64,000 bases of DNA from contig CAYWVC010000001.1 in NCBI GenBank assembly GCA_964461635.1, positions 627-64,626 on the forward strand, read 5' to 3'. This DNA comes from an uncultured Lachnospiraceae bacterium. Lineage in GTDB: Bacteria > Bacillota > Clostridia > Oscillospirales > CAG-272. Both the position numbers and the translations under genes were made by a program. The notes beneath the pieces were generated by a model, which was not told where the DNA came from, did no database searches, and saw only the letters and a program-made list of their open reading frames with translations. This document shows positions 55,492-64,000 of this stretch, in pieces (position 1 is the first letter of the stretch; each line of letters opens with the position of its first letter).

Positions 55492-56169
55492 TTATTGCGG
55501 AGCGTCGGAGCCGTCATCCCAAACATATCCGGCGCTTATGAGTGCTTCAATGCTTGAAAACCAGCGTTCTCCGGCTTGATCTCTGACGAGAACGCCCTCA
55601 TCGTACGTGCAGGTGTAACAGCAATATATTTCCTCGGAGGAATAGTACGTTATCCCCGTCTCGGCGATCTGCACCAACGCACCGTTCAGCCATTTCCAAG
55701 TCATTTCGGCGCGGGTCTCCTCATATGCAACCTGAGACGCGACCTCGGTCGTGCAATATTCGATCCTGCTTAAGCGACTTGTCACGGTCTGAGTCTCCCC
55801 GTCCCACTCGGGATCTATCAAGGCAGAGAAAGCCGAACTCCGAACGAATTTCCCGATTGTCGGACGAAGGATAAAGCATTCGTAAGCTCCGAGCGACGGC
55901 GAAAGACTGTCAAGACGTATGTCCTCGTATCCGTCATAATTAAGGTCGACGAAGGTCAGATTTTTCCCGGTAACGTTTATTTCGGATTGATTGCGCCCGT
56001 CACTTTGCACTGTTATTCCGATCACGGTATCACCGCGCGACTTTACAGTAAAGGTATAGTCCCCGCGCTGTATGACCTCGGTCTCGTAATTGGCGCAGGA
56101 AGAGAACTGTAACGTGAGGATGATGCATACGGAGACCGCCGCAAGTAAGCGTTTAACGTGTACCGTCAT
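55492..56169 (-). CDS. Hypothetical lipoprotein
   Basis: 225 aa. Signal peptide with lipobox QFSSC. ATGA overlap with the upstream gene. Confidence 0.6.
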   Translation of the reverse strand: MTVHVKRLLAAVSVCIILTLQFSSCANYETEVIQRGDYTFTVKSRGDTVIGITVQSDGRNQSEINVTGKNLTFVDLNYDGYEDIRLDSLSPSLGAYECFILRPTIGKFVRSSAFSALIDPEWDGETQTVTSRLSRIEYCTTEVASQVAYEETRAEMTWKWLNGALVQIAETGITYYSSEEIYCCYTCTYDEGVLVRDQAGERWFSSIEALISAGYVWDDGSDAPQ

Positions 56170-57032
56170 ATTTTGTGATTCTCCCGTGCGTCGTATATAA
56201 GCTTCGCGATCCGGACTGCCCGCTCATATGCCCGACTCAGATATTCTTCGCAATTCAGCGAGGCATAAATGTCGTTTGCGTTTCGACCGGGATTGTTCTT
56301 CGTCTTAAGTTCAAACGTAAGGATTCCGTTATATCCAACGCCGACGAGCCTATCGGCAACGCTCTGCCAATCGACCTTGCCGTCAAACGGGAGCAGATGA
56401 TAATCGTCATACCACGTTATCGTGTCGCCCGTCATTCCGAGATTGTCGTCTATATGCGTGGCAACAAGCTTGCCGCCATTACCGTACGTTTCGATCATAT
56501 CTCTGCCGATATTGTAGCAAAATTCGTGCCCGGTATCAATGCAAAATCCTGCGGATGTCCTGTCCGACAGCCGGCTCCAGAGGTACGACAGGTATCCTTC
56601 GCCCTCCGTGTTCTCAAGTGCTACGGTCACGCCAAGCTTTTCGGCACGGTCGAGCAACCGCGAAAATCTGTCAACTCCGACGTCGTTCGGAGCCTCCGGC
56701 AAAAAGCCGATCCAAGCGTGCGACACCATAATATTTACCGAATTGGCGGCACAGTCGTCAAGGCATTGGCAAAGCTCGCTAAGCACTGCTTCGCCTTCGT
56801 CGCCCTCCTGCCACATACGGTCGATGCGTTTGAACGGCGCGTGAACCGATTGAAGGATCAATCCGTTCTCGGCCGCCAAGCGCGCGATCTTGCCGACGCA
56901 ACCGTCGGCTCGCCAACCGCAGAAAACAGCGTCAAATCCAACGTCTGCGATCGTTTTTATACGGTCCTCTACGCTGACCTCGGGCATACCGAAATCGATC
57001 CCTATCCCTATAAGGTTATTGTAAGCACTCAT
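56166..57032 (-). CDS. Sugar phosphate isomerase/epimerase (xylose isomerase-like TIM barrel)
   Basis: About 288 aa from ATG 57032 (SD gggagg). AP_endonuc_2-like pattern (GFDAVF, SVHAPF, ALENTEG, CIDTGH). Confidence 0.75.
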   Translation of the reverse strand: MSAYNNLIGIGIDFGMPEVSVEDRIKTIADVGFDAVFCGWRADGCVGKIARLAAENGLILQSVHAPFKRIDRMWQEGDEGEAVLSELCQCLDDCAANSVNIMVSHAWIGFLPEAPNDVGVDRFSRLLDRAEKLGVTVALENTEGEGYLSYLWSRLSDRTSAGFCIDTGHEFCYNIGRDMIETYGNGGKLVATHIDDNLGMTGDTITWYDDYHLLPFDGKVDWQSVADRLVGVGYNGILTFELKTKNNPGRNANDIYASLNCEEYLSRAYERAVRIAKLIYDARENHKI

Positions 57033-57201
57033 AATTATCCTCCCAATGGCACGAGCCGTCCGATCGGCACGCAAGTATGGTATCTGCAACAATTATATCA
57101 CAGATCCGACCGACTTTCAATATCTCGGCAAACAAAACAGACGTTATCACCGTCTCTTCGTAAAAAATCATTATTATCTGCATTTTGTGAAAAATATCCA
57201 T

Positions 57202-57230
57202 TTGCATTTTTTTGATTTTTATGTTATAAT
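57202..57230 (+). promoter_or_regulatory. Sigma-A-type promoter of the CarD-like gene
   Basis: TTGCAT, 17-nt spacer, TGtTATAAT. Confidence 0.55.
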
Positions 57231-57256
57231 AATATAAACAACCGAAAGGGGAGGAT

Positions 57257-57781
57257 ATGCAGATGCAGGCGACTTATAATGCGGGAACCCACGTTATGTA
57301 CCCAAGCGGAGGAATATGTTACGTTGATGCCGTCGAAAAACGTGACTTCTCGGGCACCGAGAGGGAATATTATATTATGCATCCGATATCCAACCCGTCG
57401 TCAACCATATACGTTCCGTTGGATTCCGAAAAGCTCACGTCACTTATGCTTCCGCTTGTAAGCGATGCTGATATTGACAGCTTGATAGCCGATGCCGAAA
57501 CCGTGGACCATCCGTGGATATCGGATCATAAGGTACGCGCCGAGAAGTTTGACGAGATACTTCACAGCGGAAGGCGTGCAGATCTTCTTTGGCTCATCAA
57601 GACACTCTCCGCACACAAGGAAGAGGTCACAAAACAAAGGAAACGTCTTTATGCCGCGGATGAAAGGATACTTTCCTCTGCTACTAAGCTTATTGTCGAG
57701 GAATTTGCATTCGTCCTCGGTCTCAACGAATCGGACGTTATACCGTACATAAAAGATCGAGCCGCAGCATTGCGCGCCTGA
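57257..57781 (+). CDS. CarD/CdnL family RNA-polymerase-binding transcription regulator
   Basis: 174 aa. N-terminal Tudor-like VMYPSGGICYVDAVEKRDFSGTEREYYIMHP...IYVPLD. Confidence 0.8.
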   Translation: MQMQATYNAGTHVMYPSGGICYVDAVEKRDFSGTEREYYIMHPISNPSSTIYVPLDSEKLTSLMLPLVSDADIDSLIADAETVDHPWISDHKVRAEKFDEILHSGRRADLLWLIKTLSAHKEEVTKQRKRLYAADERILSSATKLIVEEFAFVLGLNESDVIPYIKDRAAALRA

Positions 57782-57785
57782 TATC

Positions 57786-57826
57786 CGATCGATGTCCTCA
57801 GTTAGTCGGGACATCGATCGTTTTTT
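57786..57826 (+). terminator. Rho-independent terminator
   Basis: cgatcgatgtcc / ggacatcgatcg 12-bp stem followed by TTTTTT. Confidence 0.85.
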
Positions 57827-57893
57827 GTTCGCTTGTACTTTACAAGCGCGGAAAGATATGATATAATAATAGGAGTAATAATTTGGAGAAATA

Positions 57894-58352
57894 ATGATGT
57901 CCGAATGCATTTTTGATATTATATGTGCATCAACCGAAGAGACCGAGAATGCCGGGCGATCCCTGGCTGAATATATAACGGTTACGGGAGCGCCTCGCTT
58001 CGTGGCACTTTGCGGAGGCTTGGGAGCCGGAAAGACGGCTTTTGTACGCGGATTTTGCTCTCGTATATGCCCCGGCTGCCGTGTAAAATCCCCGTCCTTC
58101 GCCATCGTCAATGAATATCGCGGCAACCCAGACGTTTATCACTTTGACGTTTGGCGCATAACCGACGAGGATGATCTGTATTCCACCGGATTTTACGATT
58201 ATGCCGAACGTCCCGGCATAACCCTTTGCGAATGGGCAGACAACGTGGAATACGCTCTGCCGGACAGATATATCAGGGTGGACATATCCGGAAGCGGTGA
58301 TGAGCCGAGGCAAGTGACCGCAAATCTCAAGATTCGGGGGGAGAGTATCTGA
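57894..58352 (+). CDS. tsaE: tRNA t6A37 biosynthesis ATPase TsaE
   Basis: 152 aa. P-loop GGLGAGKTAFVRGF, SPSFAIVNEY, HFDVWR. Confidence 0.88.
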   Translation: MMSECIFDIICASTEETENAGRSLAEYITVTGAPRFVALCGGLGAGKTAFVRGFCSRICPGCRVKSPSFAIVNEYRGNPDVYHFDVWRITDEDDLYSTGFYDYAERPGITLCEWADNVEYALPDRYIRVDISGSGDEPRQVTANLKIRGESI

Positions 58353-59065
58353 TGATTATCCTAGCGCTTGAAAGCACCGCGCAGGTAGCTTCGGTTGCGA
58401 TCTGCGACGGCGAAAAAATGATTGGAGAATATTCTCTTCAAAACGGGAATACGCATAGCGAGACACTTTTACCGATGATAGAGTCGATGATAGGGCTCTC
58501 ATCGCTTGACCTCGATCAGATAGATATCTTTGCCTGTGCCGCAGGTCCCGGATCCTTCACGGGAGTGCGAATCGGTGCCGCAACGCTGAAGGGCTTGGCT
58601 TTCGATAGAAAAAAGCCTTGCATCGGAGTATCGTCGCTTGAGGCATTAGCCTACAATTCGCGCGGAACCGACGGCTTGCTGTGTCCCTGTATGAACGCGC
58701 GACGCGGGCAAGTGTACAATGCGCTTTTTGAGAGCGACGGAACCCGTATCTGCGAGGATCGGGCACTGTCAATAGACGAGCTTTGCGCCGAGCTTGAGAA
58801 GCGCGAGCAGCACGTTATTCTTTGCGGTGACGGCGCACAGCTTGCATATGACGGCTTCGGAAAAAGAATAAACGCTTCGCTCGCACCCGAGAGAAACCGG
58901 TACCAATCGGCATACGCCGTTGCACAGTGTGCGCTTTCCGCTTACGGCCGTGGAGAATATACGTCCGATGCCGAGCTTTCACCCGTATATTTGAGGCTTT
59001 CGCAAGCCGAACGTATGCGACTTGAACGTGAATCGGGATCACTTGAGAATCTCGGAAAACAATAA
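58352..59065 (+). CDS. tsaB: tRNA t6A37 biosynthesis protein TsaB
   Basis: 237 aa. ILALESTAQVASVAI, GPGSFTGVRIGAATLKGLA. Confidence 0.88.
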   Translation: MIILALESTAQVASVAICDGEKMIGEYSLQNGNTHSETLLPMIESMIGLSSLDLDQIDIFACAAGPGSFTGVRIGAATLKGLAFDRKKPCIGVSSLEALAYNSRGTDGLLCPCMNARRGQVYNALFESDGTRICEDRALSIDELCAELEKREQHVILCGDGAQLAYDGFGKRINASLAPERNRYQSAYAVAQCALSAYGRGEYTSDAELSPVYLRLSQAERMRLERESGSLENLGKQ

Positions 59066-59103
59066 TTTATATGCCGCAGATCTGCGGCGGAATGGAGATT
59101 ATT

Positions 59104-59547
59104 ATGATAAACAGAATAGTTATCGGATCGGATCACGCGGGATATGAGCTGAAGCTTAAGGTTATCGAGCACCTTGAGGATCGCGGCATAGCAGTTACCG
59201 ATGTCGGCACCGACTCGGCGGCGAGCTGTGATTATCCCGTGTTTGCAGACGCGCTTTGCAAGCGTATACAGCTTGGTGAGTTTGAGCTGGGGATCCTTGT
59301 TTGCGGGACCGGAATAGGAATGTCTATTGCCGCCAACAAGCATTCCGGTATCAGGGCGGCGTGCTGTTCCGACACCTATTCGGCAAGATTGACACGCGAG
59401 CATAACGACGCTAACGTGCTTTGCTTCGGTGCAAGAGTGATCGGTGAGGGCTTGGCGCTGGATCTCGTCGATTTATTCGTTGACACCGAATATGCGGGCG
59501 GCAAGCACGAGCGCCGCGTCAAGATGCTTGACGAATTGATGAAATAA
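59104..59547 (+). CDS. rpiB: Ribose-5-phosphate isomerase B
   Basis: From ATG 59104 (MINRIVIGSDHAGYELK). CGTGIGMSIAANK, RLTREHNDANVLCFGARV. Confidence 0.9.
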   Translation: MINRIVIGSDHAGYELKLKVIEHLEDRGIAVTDVGTDSAASCDYPVFADALCKRIQLGEFELGILVCGTGIGMSIAANKHSGIRAACCSDTYSARLTREHNDANVLCFGARVIGEGLALDLVDLFVDTEYAGGKHERRVKMLDELMK

Positions 59548-60338
59548 TGAAAACAAAATCGGAAAAGATCGCGTCGGCGGCGGCTGACGTAGTGCGCTCC
59601 GCGACAGGCAGGAAGAAGTACAAGAGAACAACGGCGATCATACTCGCCGCCGGTAGCTCCTCACGGATGCAAGGGCGCGATAAGCAGTTTCTGACAGTCG
59701 CGGGGATGCCCGTCTTGGCGCGCAGTATTCGCGCATTTCAAAATTCTGCGTGTATAACCGATATAATCGTGGTAACAAAAGAAAATAAAATCCGCGACGT
59801 GATCGAGCTTTGCAATAAATACGGATTTAGCAAGGTTTCTTCGGTGGTTGCGGGAGGCAAAAACCGACAGTCCTCCGCTTGGCTTGGATTCCGTCAGATA
59901 TCGGACAAAGCCGAATTCGTGGCTTTTCACGACGGTGCAAGGTGTCTTGTAACCGAAGACGATATCGAACGCGTATGCTTGGCGGCGTATGACTCGGGTG
60001 CGGCAACCGCCGCAACCGCGAGCTCAGATACCGTAAAAAAATCCACCCCCGGTGGGTACATCGAATGCTCGGAGGACCGCAATTTTATTTGGCTTGCGCA
60101 AACGCCGCAGGTCTTCGGCACGAATCTTTACCGCGCGGCGGCTTATACCGCCAAGGAAAATAACTTTTTCGCCACCGACGATTGCTCGCTTGCAGAGCGG
60201 ATCGGATTTAAGGGAATCAAGCTCGTAGAGTGCGGCAGAATGAATATTAAGATCACTACCGAGGATGACGTTTATCTCGCCGAAGCACTTTTGAAAGCCG
60301 CCAACCGTGTTGCGGAGGTAAAAAATGAGAATAGGTGA
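59547..60338 (+). CDS. ispD: 2-C-methyl-D-erythritol 4-phosphate cytidylyltransferase
   Basis: 263 aa. [20 protein letters not shown], and TPQVF motifs. Confidence 0.88.
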   Translation: MKTKSEKIASAAADVVRSATGRKKYKRTTAIILAAGSSSRMQGRDKQFLTVAGMPVLARSIRAFQNSACITDIIVVTKENKIRDVIELCNKYGFSKVSSVVAGGKNRQSSAWLGFRQISDKAEFVAFHDGARCLVTEDDIERVCLAAYDSGAATAATASSDTVKKSTPGGYIECSEDRNFIWLAQTPQVFGTNLYRAAAYTAKENNFFATDDCSLAERIGFKGIKLVECGRMNIKITTEDDVYLAEALLKAANRVAEVKNENR

Positions 60339-60798
60339 GGGCTACGACGTTCACCGTTTCGCCGTAGGACGAAAATTGATACTCGGGGGAGTGGTGATTC
60401 CTTACTCAATGGGGCTTGACGGTCATTCGGATGCCGACGTTTTGGCTCATTCGATAGCCGATGCGCTCCTCGGCGCGGCGGCGCTTGGCGATATCGGAAA
60501 GCTTTTTCCGGACACCGATCCGAAATTTTTGAACGCTGACAGTATGATATTGCTTGAGACAGTGGCAAAAAGGGTGTATGAGGCGGGTTACCGTATAGGT
60601 AACGTTGACTCCACCGTTATCGCGCAGGCTCCCAAGCTCGCGCCATATATCGACGAAATGCGAAAAAACATTTCCGTCGCCGTAGGCATTGACATCGGTG
60701 ACGTTAGCGTTAAGGCAACGACCGAGGAAGGATTGGGCTTTACCGGGCGTAAAGAAGGCATCGCGGCAAGAACAGTCTGCCTTATCTTCAAGCAATAG
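60325..60798 (+). CDS. ispF: 2-C-methyl-D-erythritol 2,4-cyclodiphosphate synthase
   Basis: 157 aa. [44 protein letters not shown]. Confidence 0.92.
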   Translation: MRIGEGYDVHRFAVGRKLILGGVVIPYSMGLDGHSDADVLAHSIADALLGAAALGDIGKLFPDTDPKFLNADSMILLETVAKRVYEAGYRIGNVDSTVIAQAPKLAPYIDEMRKNISVAVGIDIGDVSVKATTEEGLGFTGRKEGIAARTVCLIFKQ

Positions 60799-60972
60799 CA
60801 AACGGGGCACCACTTGATGCCCCGCAAAGCACGCGCAACGGTTTTATCAGCTTCACATCGTTTGTGTTGTACGTCCCGGACCGCCGTTCGTGCTTCCACA
60901 CTACATATTATGTTGAATTATGTCGTTTGACATGATCGCAGGCTTTGAAACGTTTTTATTGGAGGAATAAAA

Positions 60973-61650
60973 ATGATCTATATTTCACCGTCGTTGTTGG
61001 CTGCCGATTTTTCACGCCTCGGCGAAGAAGTCGAGCGAATAGAGAATGCCGGAGCAAATTACCTTCACCTTGATATAATGGACGGACATTTCGTTCCTAA
61101 TATCAGCTTCGGTCCGGGTACGGTCGCGGCATTGCGAAAAAAGAGTATGCTCATTTTTGACGTACATATGATGATCTCCGAGCCCGAACGATATATAAAC
61201 GACTTTATACGCGCGGGAGCCGATATCATTACCGTTCATTACGAGGCAACCGACGATCCCGCGCGCACTCTCGGCATCCTGCGTGAAAAGGAGGTCCGCG
61301 CCGGAATCGCAATATCTCCCGATACCCCGGTTGATGCAGTGATCCCTTTGGTTGACGCGGGGCTTTGCGATATGGTATTGGTGATGACGGTTCAGCCCGG
61401 CTTCGGCGGTCAGAAGCTGATCCCCGAAACGCTTGATAAGGTCAGAAAGCTTCGCCGATACGTTGACCGTCGCGGAATTGAGCTTGACATCGAGGTTGAC
61501 GGGGGGATTAATGCGGATAATATATATCAGTGCTCTTCTGCGGGAGCAAACGTCATAGTTGCGGGTACGGCTATTTTTGGATCGAAAAAGCCGAATTCGG
61601 TGATCAAGCAAATGCGCTTGCAGGCGAGGGACAATCCTTTTATGGGTTAA
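60973..61650 (+). CDS. rpe: Ribulose-phosphate 3-epimerase
   Basis: 225 aa. SLLAADF, HLDIMDGHFVPN, MTVQPGFGGQK, EVDGGI. Confidence 0.92.
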   Translation: MIYISPSLLAADFSRLGEEVERIENAGANYLHLDIMDGHFVPNISFGPGTVAALRKKSMLIFDVHMMISEPERYINDFIRAGADIITVHYEATDDPARTLGILREKEVRAGIAISPDTPVDAVIPLVDAGLCDMVLVMTVQPGFGGQKLIPETLDKVRKLRRYVDRRGIELDIEVDGGINADNIYQCSSAGANVIVAGTAIFGSKKPNSVIKQMRLQARDNPFMG

Positions 61651-61670
61651 CGGTTTAAATACCGCGAAAA

Positions 61671-61706
61671 GGGAAGAACGGATCTCAAACCGAGATCCGT
61701 TCTTCC
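61671..61706. terminator. Shared hairpin terminator of convergent rpe and the MATE gene
   Basis: gggaagaacggatctc / gagatccgttcttcct 16-bp stem, then tttgtaTTTT on +. The MATE stop (61685-61687) and its last codons lie inside the hairpin. Confidence 0.75.
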
Positions 61707-63109
61707 TTTGTATTTTCGCTTAAAGCCTTCTTTGCTTCCAGCTTCTTGGTCACCCTGTGTTGAATGATCAAAAATGCGATAAACTGTGCGATAACTGCTA
61801 TTGTCCACGAAATCGGATACGACATATACAGCCAATATATGTTGTGGAAGAATTCGTATTGATCGAAGAGCAGCTTTATCCAAAGGATCCGGATTCCGCA
61901 TACCCCGAACGTCGCGATCATCATTGGTATAAACGAATATCCCACACCGCGCAAGACTCCGGTCAATACCTCCATAATGCCGCAGAGGAAGTATGTCATT
62001 GTGGTTATTTCAAGCCTTAAAAGTCCGTTCTTAAGAGCCTCTGCCTTTGCTCCGTTTTCGGTGAGCCCGTACAAGCCGAGAAGCGGCGTGGCAAAAATAT
62101 CAACTATACCGCCAATGACTATGCCTATAACAGTCACGAGGATAACCGAGACCAAGCAAACCTTCCGCACGCGCTTCATATTACCCGCACCGTAGCTTTG
62201 CCCCGTGAATGCCATTGCCGCGTGATATACCGAGTTTTGCGCTATGTATATAAAGCCGTCAATGCTTGCCGCCGCCGAGTCGCCCGACATCGCCGACGTT
62301 CCGAGCACGTTTACGGAGGATTGGATCATAACGTTTGAGACCGAAAATACGACGCTTTGGAGTCCGGCGGGAAGTCCGACTCTGATAATACGCAGGAACT
62401 TGTCCTTCTTGATGCACAGCTTACGGAACTCCAATCGGCACGAATCCTTCAGACGGCAAAGATATATAACTACCATTACGGCAGATATAATCTGAGAGGC
62501 AACTGTAGCGATCGCCACGCCGTCCACGTGTCGGTCAAAAACGAAGACCATTATCAAGTTAAGTATAACGTTCGCACATCCGGATACGACAAGCACTATC
62601 AGAGGGAACTTCGTATCTCCCTTCGCACGTAAAACGGCAGATCCGAAATTATATACCATCGATGCCGGAAGCCCCGCAAAATATATGCGCATATAGAGTG
62701 CCGAAAGCTCGATAACGTCGGAATCCGTTCTCATCCAAAGCAGAAAATCGTAGGAAAGCACGATGCCGATCCCCCCGAGGATCACACCGATTATAACCGC
62801 TGTCAGCATTGCCGTGTGCACGACCTCGGAAACGTTTTTGTCATCCTTAGAGCCGAGGTACTGCGAGATAACGACACAAGCCCCGACCGAAAGGCCGAGA
62901 AAAAGTCCGATTATAAGGCTGGTCAACGAGCTCGTCGCGCCGATCGCCGCAACGTAAAGATCGCCGATCTCCCCCTTGTTACCGACCACCACGAGGTCGG
63001 CGGAATTATAAAGGAGCTGCAGCATTCCCGAAAACATCAGCGGCAGCGTGTATAATATCATCTTGCTGAGGATCGGTCCCTGTGCAAGGTTTACTTCTTT
63101 TTTAGCCAT
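61685..63109 (-). CDS. MATE family efflux transporter
   Basis: About 474 aa from ATG 63109 (MAKKEVNLAQGPILSKMILYTLPLMFSGMLQLLYN, a typical MATE N-terminus). 12 TM. Confidence 0.88.
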   Translation of the reverse strand: MAKKEVNLAQGPILSKMILYTLPLMFSGMLQLLYNSADLVVVGNKGEIGDLYVAAIGATSSLTSLIIGLFLGLSVGACVVISQYLGSKDDKNVSEVVHTAMLTAVIIGVILGGIGIVLSYDFLLWMRTDSDVIELSALYMRIYFAGLPASMVYNFGSAVLRAKGDTKFPLIVLVVSGCANVILNLIMVFVFDRHVDGVAIATVASQIISAVMVVIYLCRLKDSCRLEFRKLCIKKDKFLRIIRVGLPAGLQSVVFSVSNVMIQSSVNVLGTSAMSGDSAAASIDGFIYIAQNSVYHAAMAFTGQSYGAGNMKRVRKVCLVSVILVTVIGIVIGGIVDIFATPLLGLYGLTENGAKAEALKNGLLRLEITTMTYFLCGIMEVLTGVLRGVGYSFIPMMIATFGVCGIRILWIKLLFDQYEFFHNIYWLYMSYPISWTIAVIAQFIAFLIIQHRVTKKLEAKKALSENTKEERISV

Positions 63110-63220
63110 AGATTCCTCTCTTATACGCAAAAAGAACTGTCAAGTATATTATATAACCGATAGGCAAGTATGTCAATTAATTTTTGTGCCGAACCTTTTT
63201 CAATAATATCGGAAAAAATA

Positions 63221-63249
63221 TTGAAATAGTACGAAAACAGTGGTATAAT
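63221..63249 (+). promoter_or_regulatory. Sigma-A-type promoter upstream of the small ORF and glyQS
   Basis: TTGAAA, 17-nt spacer, TGgTATAAT (63244-63249). Confidence 0.6.
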
Positions 63250-63307
63250 TAAAAGCACGTATCGGGTATCCGATCGTTTGATACAGTAACGTTGCGGGAG
63301 GAAGGCT

Positions 63308-63550
63308 ATGGGAAGAGGTGCAAAGATCTTTTTCGTTTCCGGTGCCATAGCTCTTCTTGCTTTCGGATTAATAGCTTATTTTATCGTATCGGCTATTTTC
63401 GGTGTTGATCCCGGGAAACCTTCATCGGCTGACACGGAGACGGGAACGCAAGGTGAAAGTACCGCGTATCCGTATAATTATGATGAGCCCGCGGCAGTGG
63501 GACGCGGTACGCCGGATGCCGACGCATACCTCTTATGCTGTACGTTTTAG
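63308..63550 (+). CDS. Hypothetical small membrane-anchored protein
   Basis: 80 aa. SD GGGAGG is 6 nt upstream. One N-terminal TM (IFFVSGAIALLAFGLIAYFIVSAIF), then an acidic/Pro-Gly tail. No homology recognised. Confidence 0.4.
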   Translation: MGRGAKIFFVSGAIALLAFGLIAYFIVSAIFGVDPGKPSSADTETGTQGESTAYPYNYDEPAAVGRGTPDADAYLLCCTF

Positions 63551-63612
63551 AGGGCTACCTTTCGGTCCTTGCCGGATAAAGAGAAAATAAAAATTAAAAT
63601 ACAGGAGTCATT

Positions 63613-64000
63613 ATGAACAATCAGGAAAAAACAATGGAGAAGATCGTTGCACTGTGCAAAAATCGCGGAATCGTTTATCCGGGTTCCGAGATATACGGCG
63701 GTCTTGCAAACTCGTGGGATTACGGTCCCCTTGGCGTGGAGCTGAAAAACAACATCAAGCGCGCTTGGTGGAAGAAATTTGTCCAGGAAAATAAATATAA
63801 CGTCGGACTTGACAGCGCAATACTTATGAACCCCGAGACTTGGGTGGCTTCGGGTCACGTCGGCGGCTTCTCCGATCCCTTGATCGATTGCAAGGGCTGT
63901 AAAATGCGTCACCGCGCGGATAAGCTCATTGAGGACTATAACGCCGAGAACGGCATCGAAATGTCGGTCGAATCTATGACGAACGACGAGATGATCGCAT
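63613..64000 (+). CDS. glyQS: Glycine--tRNA ligase (alpha2 type), 5' part; continues beyond the window
   Basis: My translation from ATG 63613 gives [57 protein letters not shown], the classic GlyQS N-terminus. There is no stop before 64000, so it is not in the ORF track. Confidence 0.9.
   Translation, partial: MNNQEKTMEKIVALCKNRGIVYPGSEIYGGLANSWDYGPLGVELKNNIKRAWWKKFVQENKYNVGLDSAILMNPETWVASGHVGGFSDPLIDCKGCKMRHRADKLIEDYNAENGIEMSVESMTNDEMIA

Noticed and set aside
60803-60824. Hairpin cggggca-ccacttga-tgccccg just after ispF, as a possible terminator.
   Set aside because: The stem is only 7 bp and no U-tract follows on the + strand (caaagcacgcg). It is too weak to annotate and may still contribute to 3' end formation.
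63452-63510. T-box-like GGTGaaaGTACCGCG with a complementary CGCGGTAC 35 nt downstream, upstream of glyQS.
   Set aside because: There is a 3-nt insertion relative to the GGUGGUACCGCG core. I found no identifiable Stem I, specifier loop or K-turn. No terminator helix with a U-tract follows (only a 4-bp gcat/atgc stem before TTTT at 63545). The region is inside an ORF with a strong SD. It is kept as a low-interest finding, not annotated as a riboswitch.
1-64000. Search for mobile elements, CRISPR arrays, defence islands, tRNA/rRNA and prophage remnants across the window.
   Set aside because: I found no integrase, transposase, recombinase, reverse-transcriptase or Cas-like ORF in any frame, and no direct-repeat arrays or terminal inverted repeats. 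There was no tRNA-like cloverleaf in the gaps larger than 100 nt that I read. The only mildly accessory-looking segment is 9744-12325 (Fic, LURP-one-like, two hypotheticals), and it lacks mobility genes.

Overview
This 64-kb window looks like ordinary chromosomal core from a moderately GC-rich, spore-forming Firmicute; the gene content resembles Clostridia/Oscillospiraceae. I found about 65 tightly packed protein genes. I found no rRNA, tRNA, CRISPR array, transposase, integrase or phage block.

Gene content, in order:
- HydABC-type electron-bifurcating [FeFe]-hydrogenase operon (HK-like ATPase, Trx-like ferredoxin, HydB, HydA).
- A polar amino-acid ABC transporter.
- copA, with a degenerate Fic gene coupled to its stop codon.
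- An Ldh_2-family dehydrogenase.
- A co-directional block: lon, engB, lysA, M50 protease, scpA, scpB, ytfI-like, ytfJ, dacB-like, rluB.
- Sporulation genes: an alpha/beta SASP, a SpoVB-like flippase, pdaA.
- Surface and envelope proteins: a GLUG-repeat protein, a CHAP/SH3b hydrolase, several lipoproteins.
- A five-gene operon of two exported trigger-factor-like foldases, DUF5685, a J-domain protein and a membrane protein.
- An EF-G2 paralogue, then nagA-membrane-metG-tatD.
- tsaE, tsaB, rpiB, ispD, ispF, rpe, a MATE pump, and the 5' end of glyQS.

Many promoters fit TTGACA-17-TGnTATAAT, and many convergent gene pairs share a bidirectional hairpin terminator.

I do not see a clear-cut novel defence or mobile system. 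The items most worth a second look are:
1. A promoter-to-terminator ~125-nt structured RNA upstream of lon.
2. A non-canonical H-cluster L1 motif (TSCSPGW) in HydA.
3. An identical-length PGGC + 22 hydrophobic + 4 basic C-terminal tail on two unrelated surface proteins, which resembles a sorting signal.
4. The foldase/DUF5685/J-protein operon.
5. A catalytic-His-less Fic protein translationally coupled to copA.

All functional calls rest on motif recognition by eye. No database search was run.
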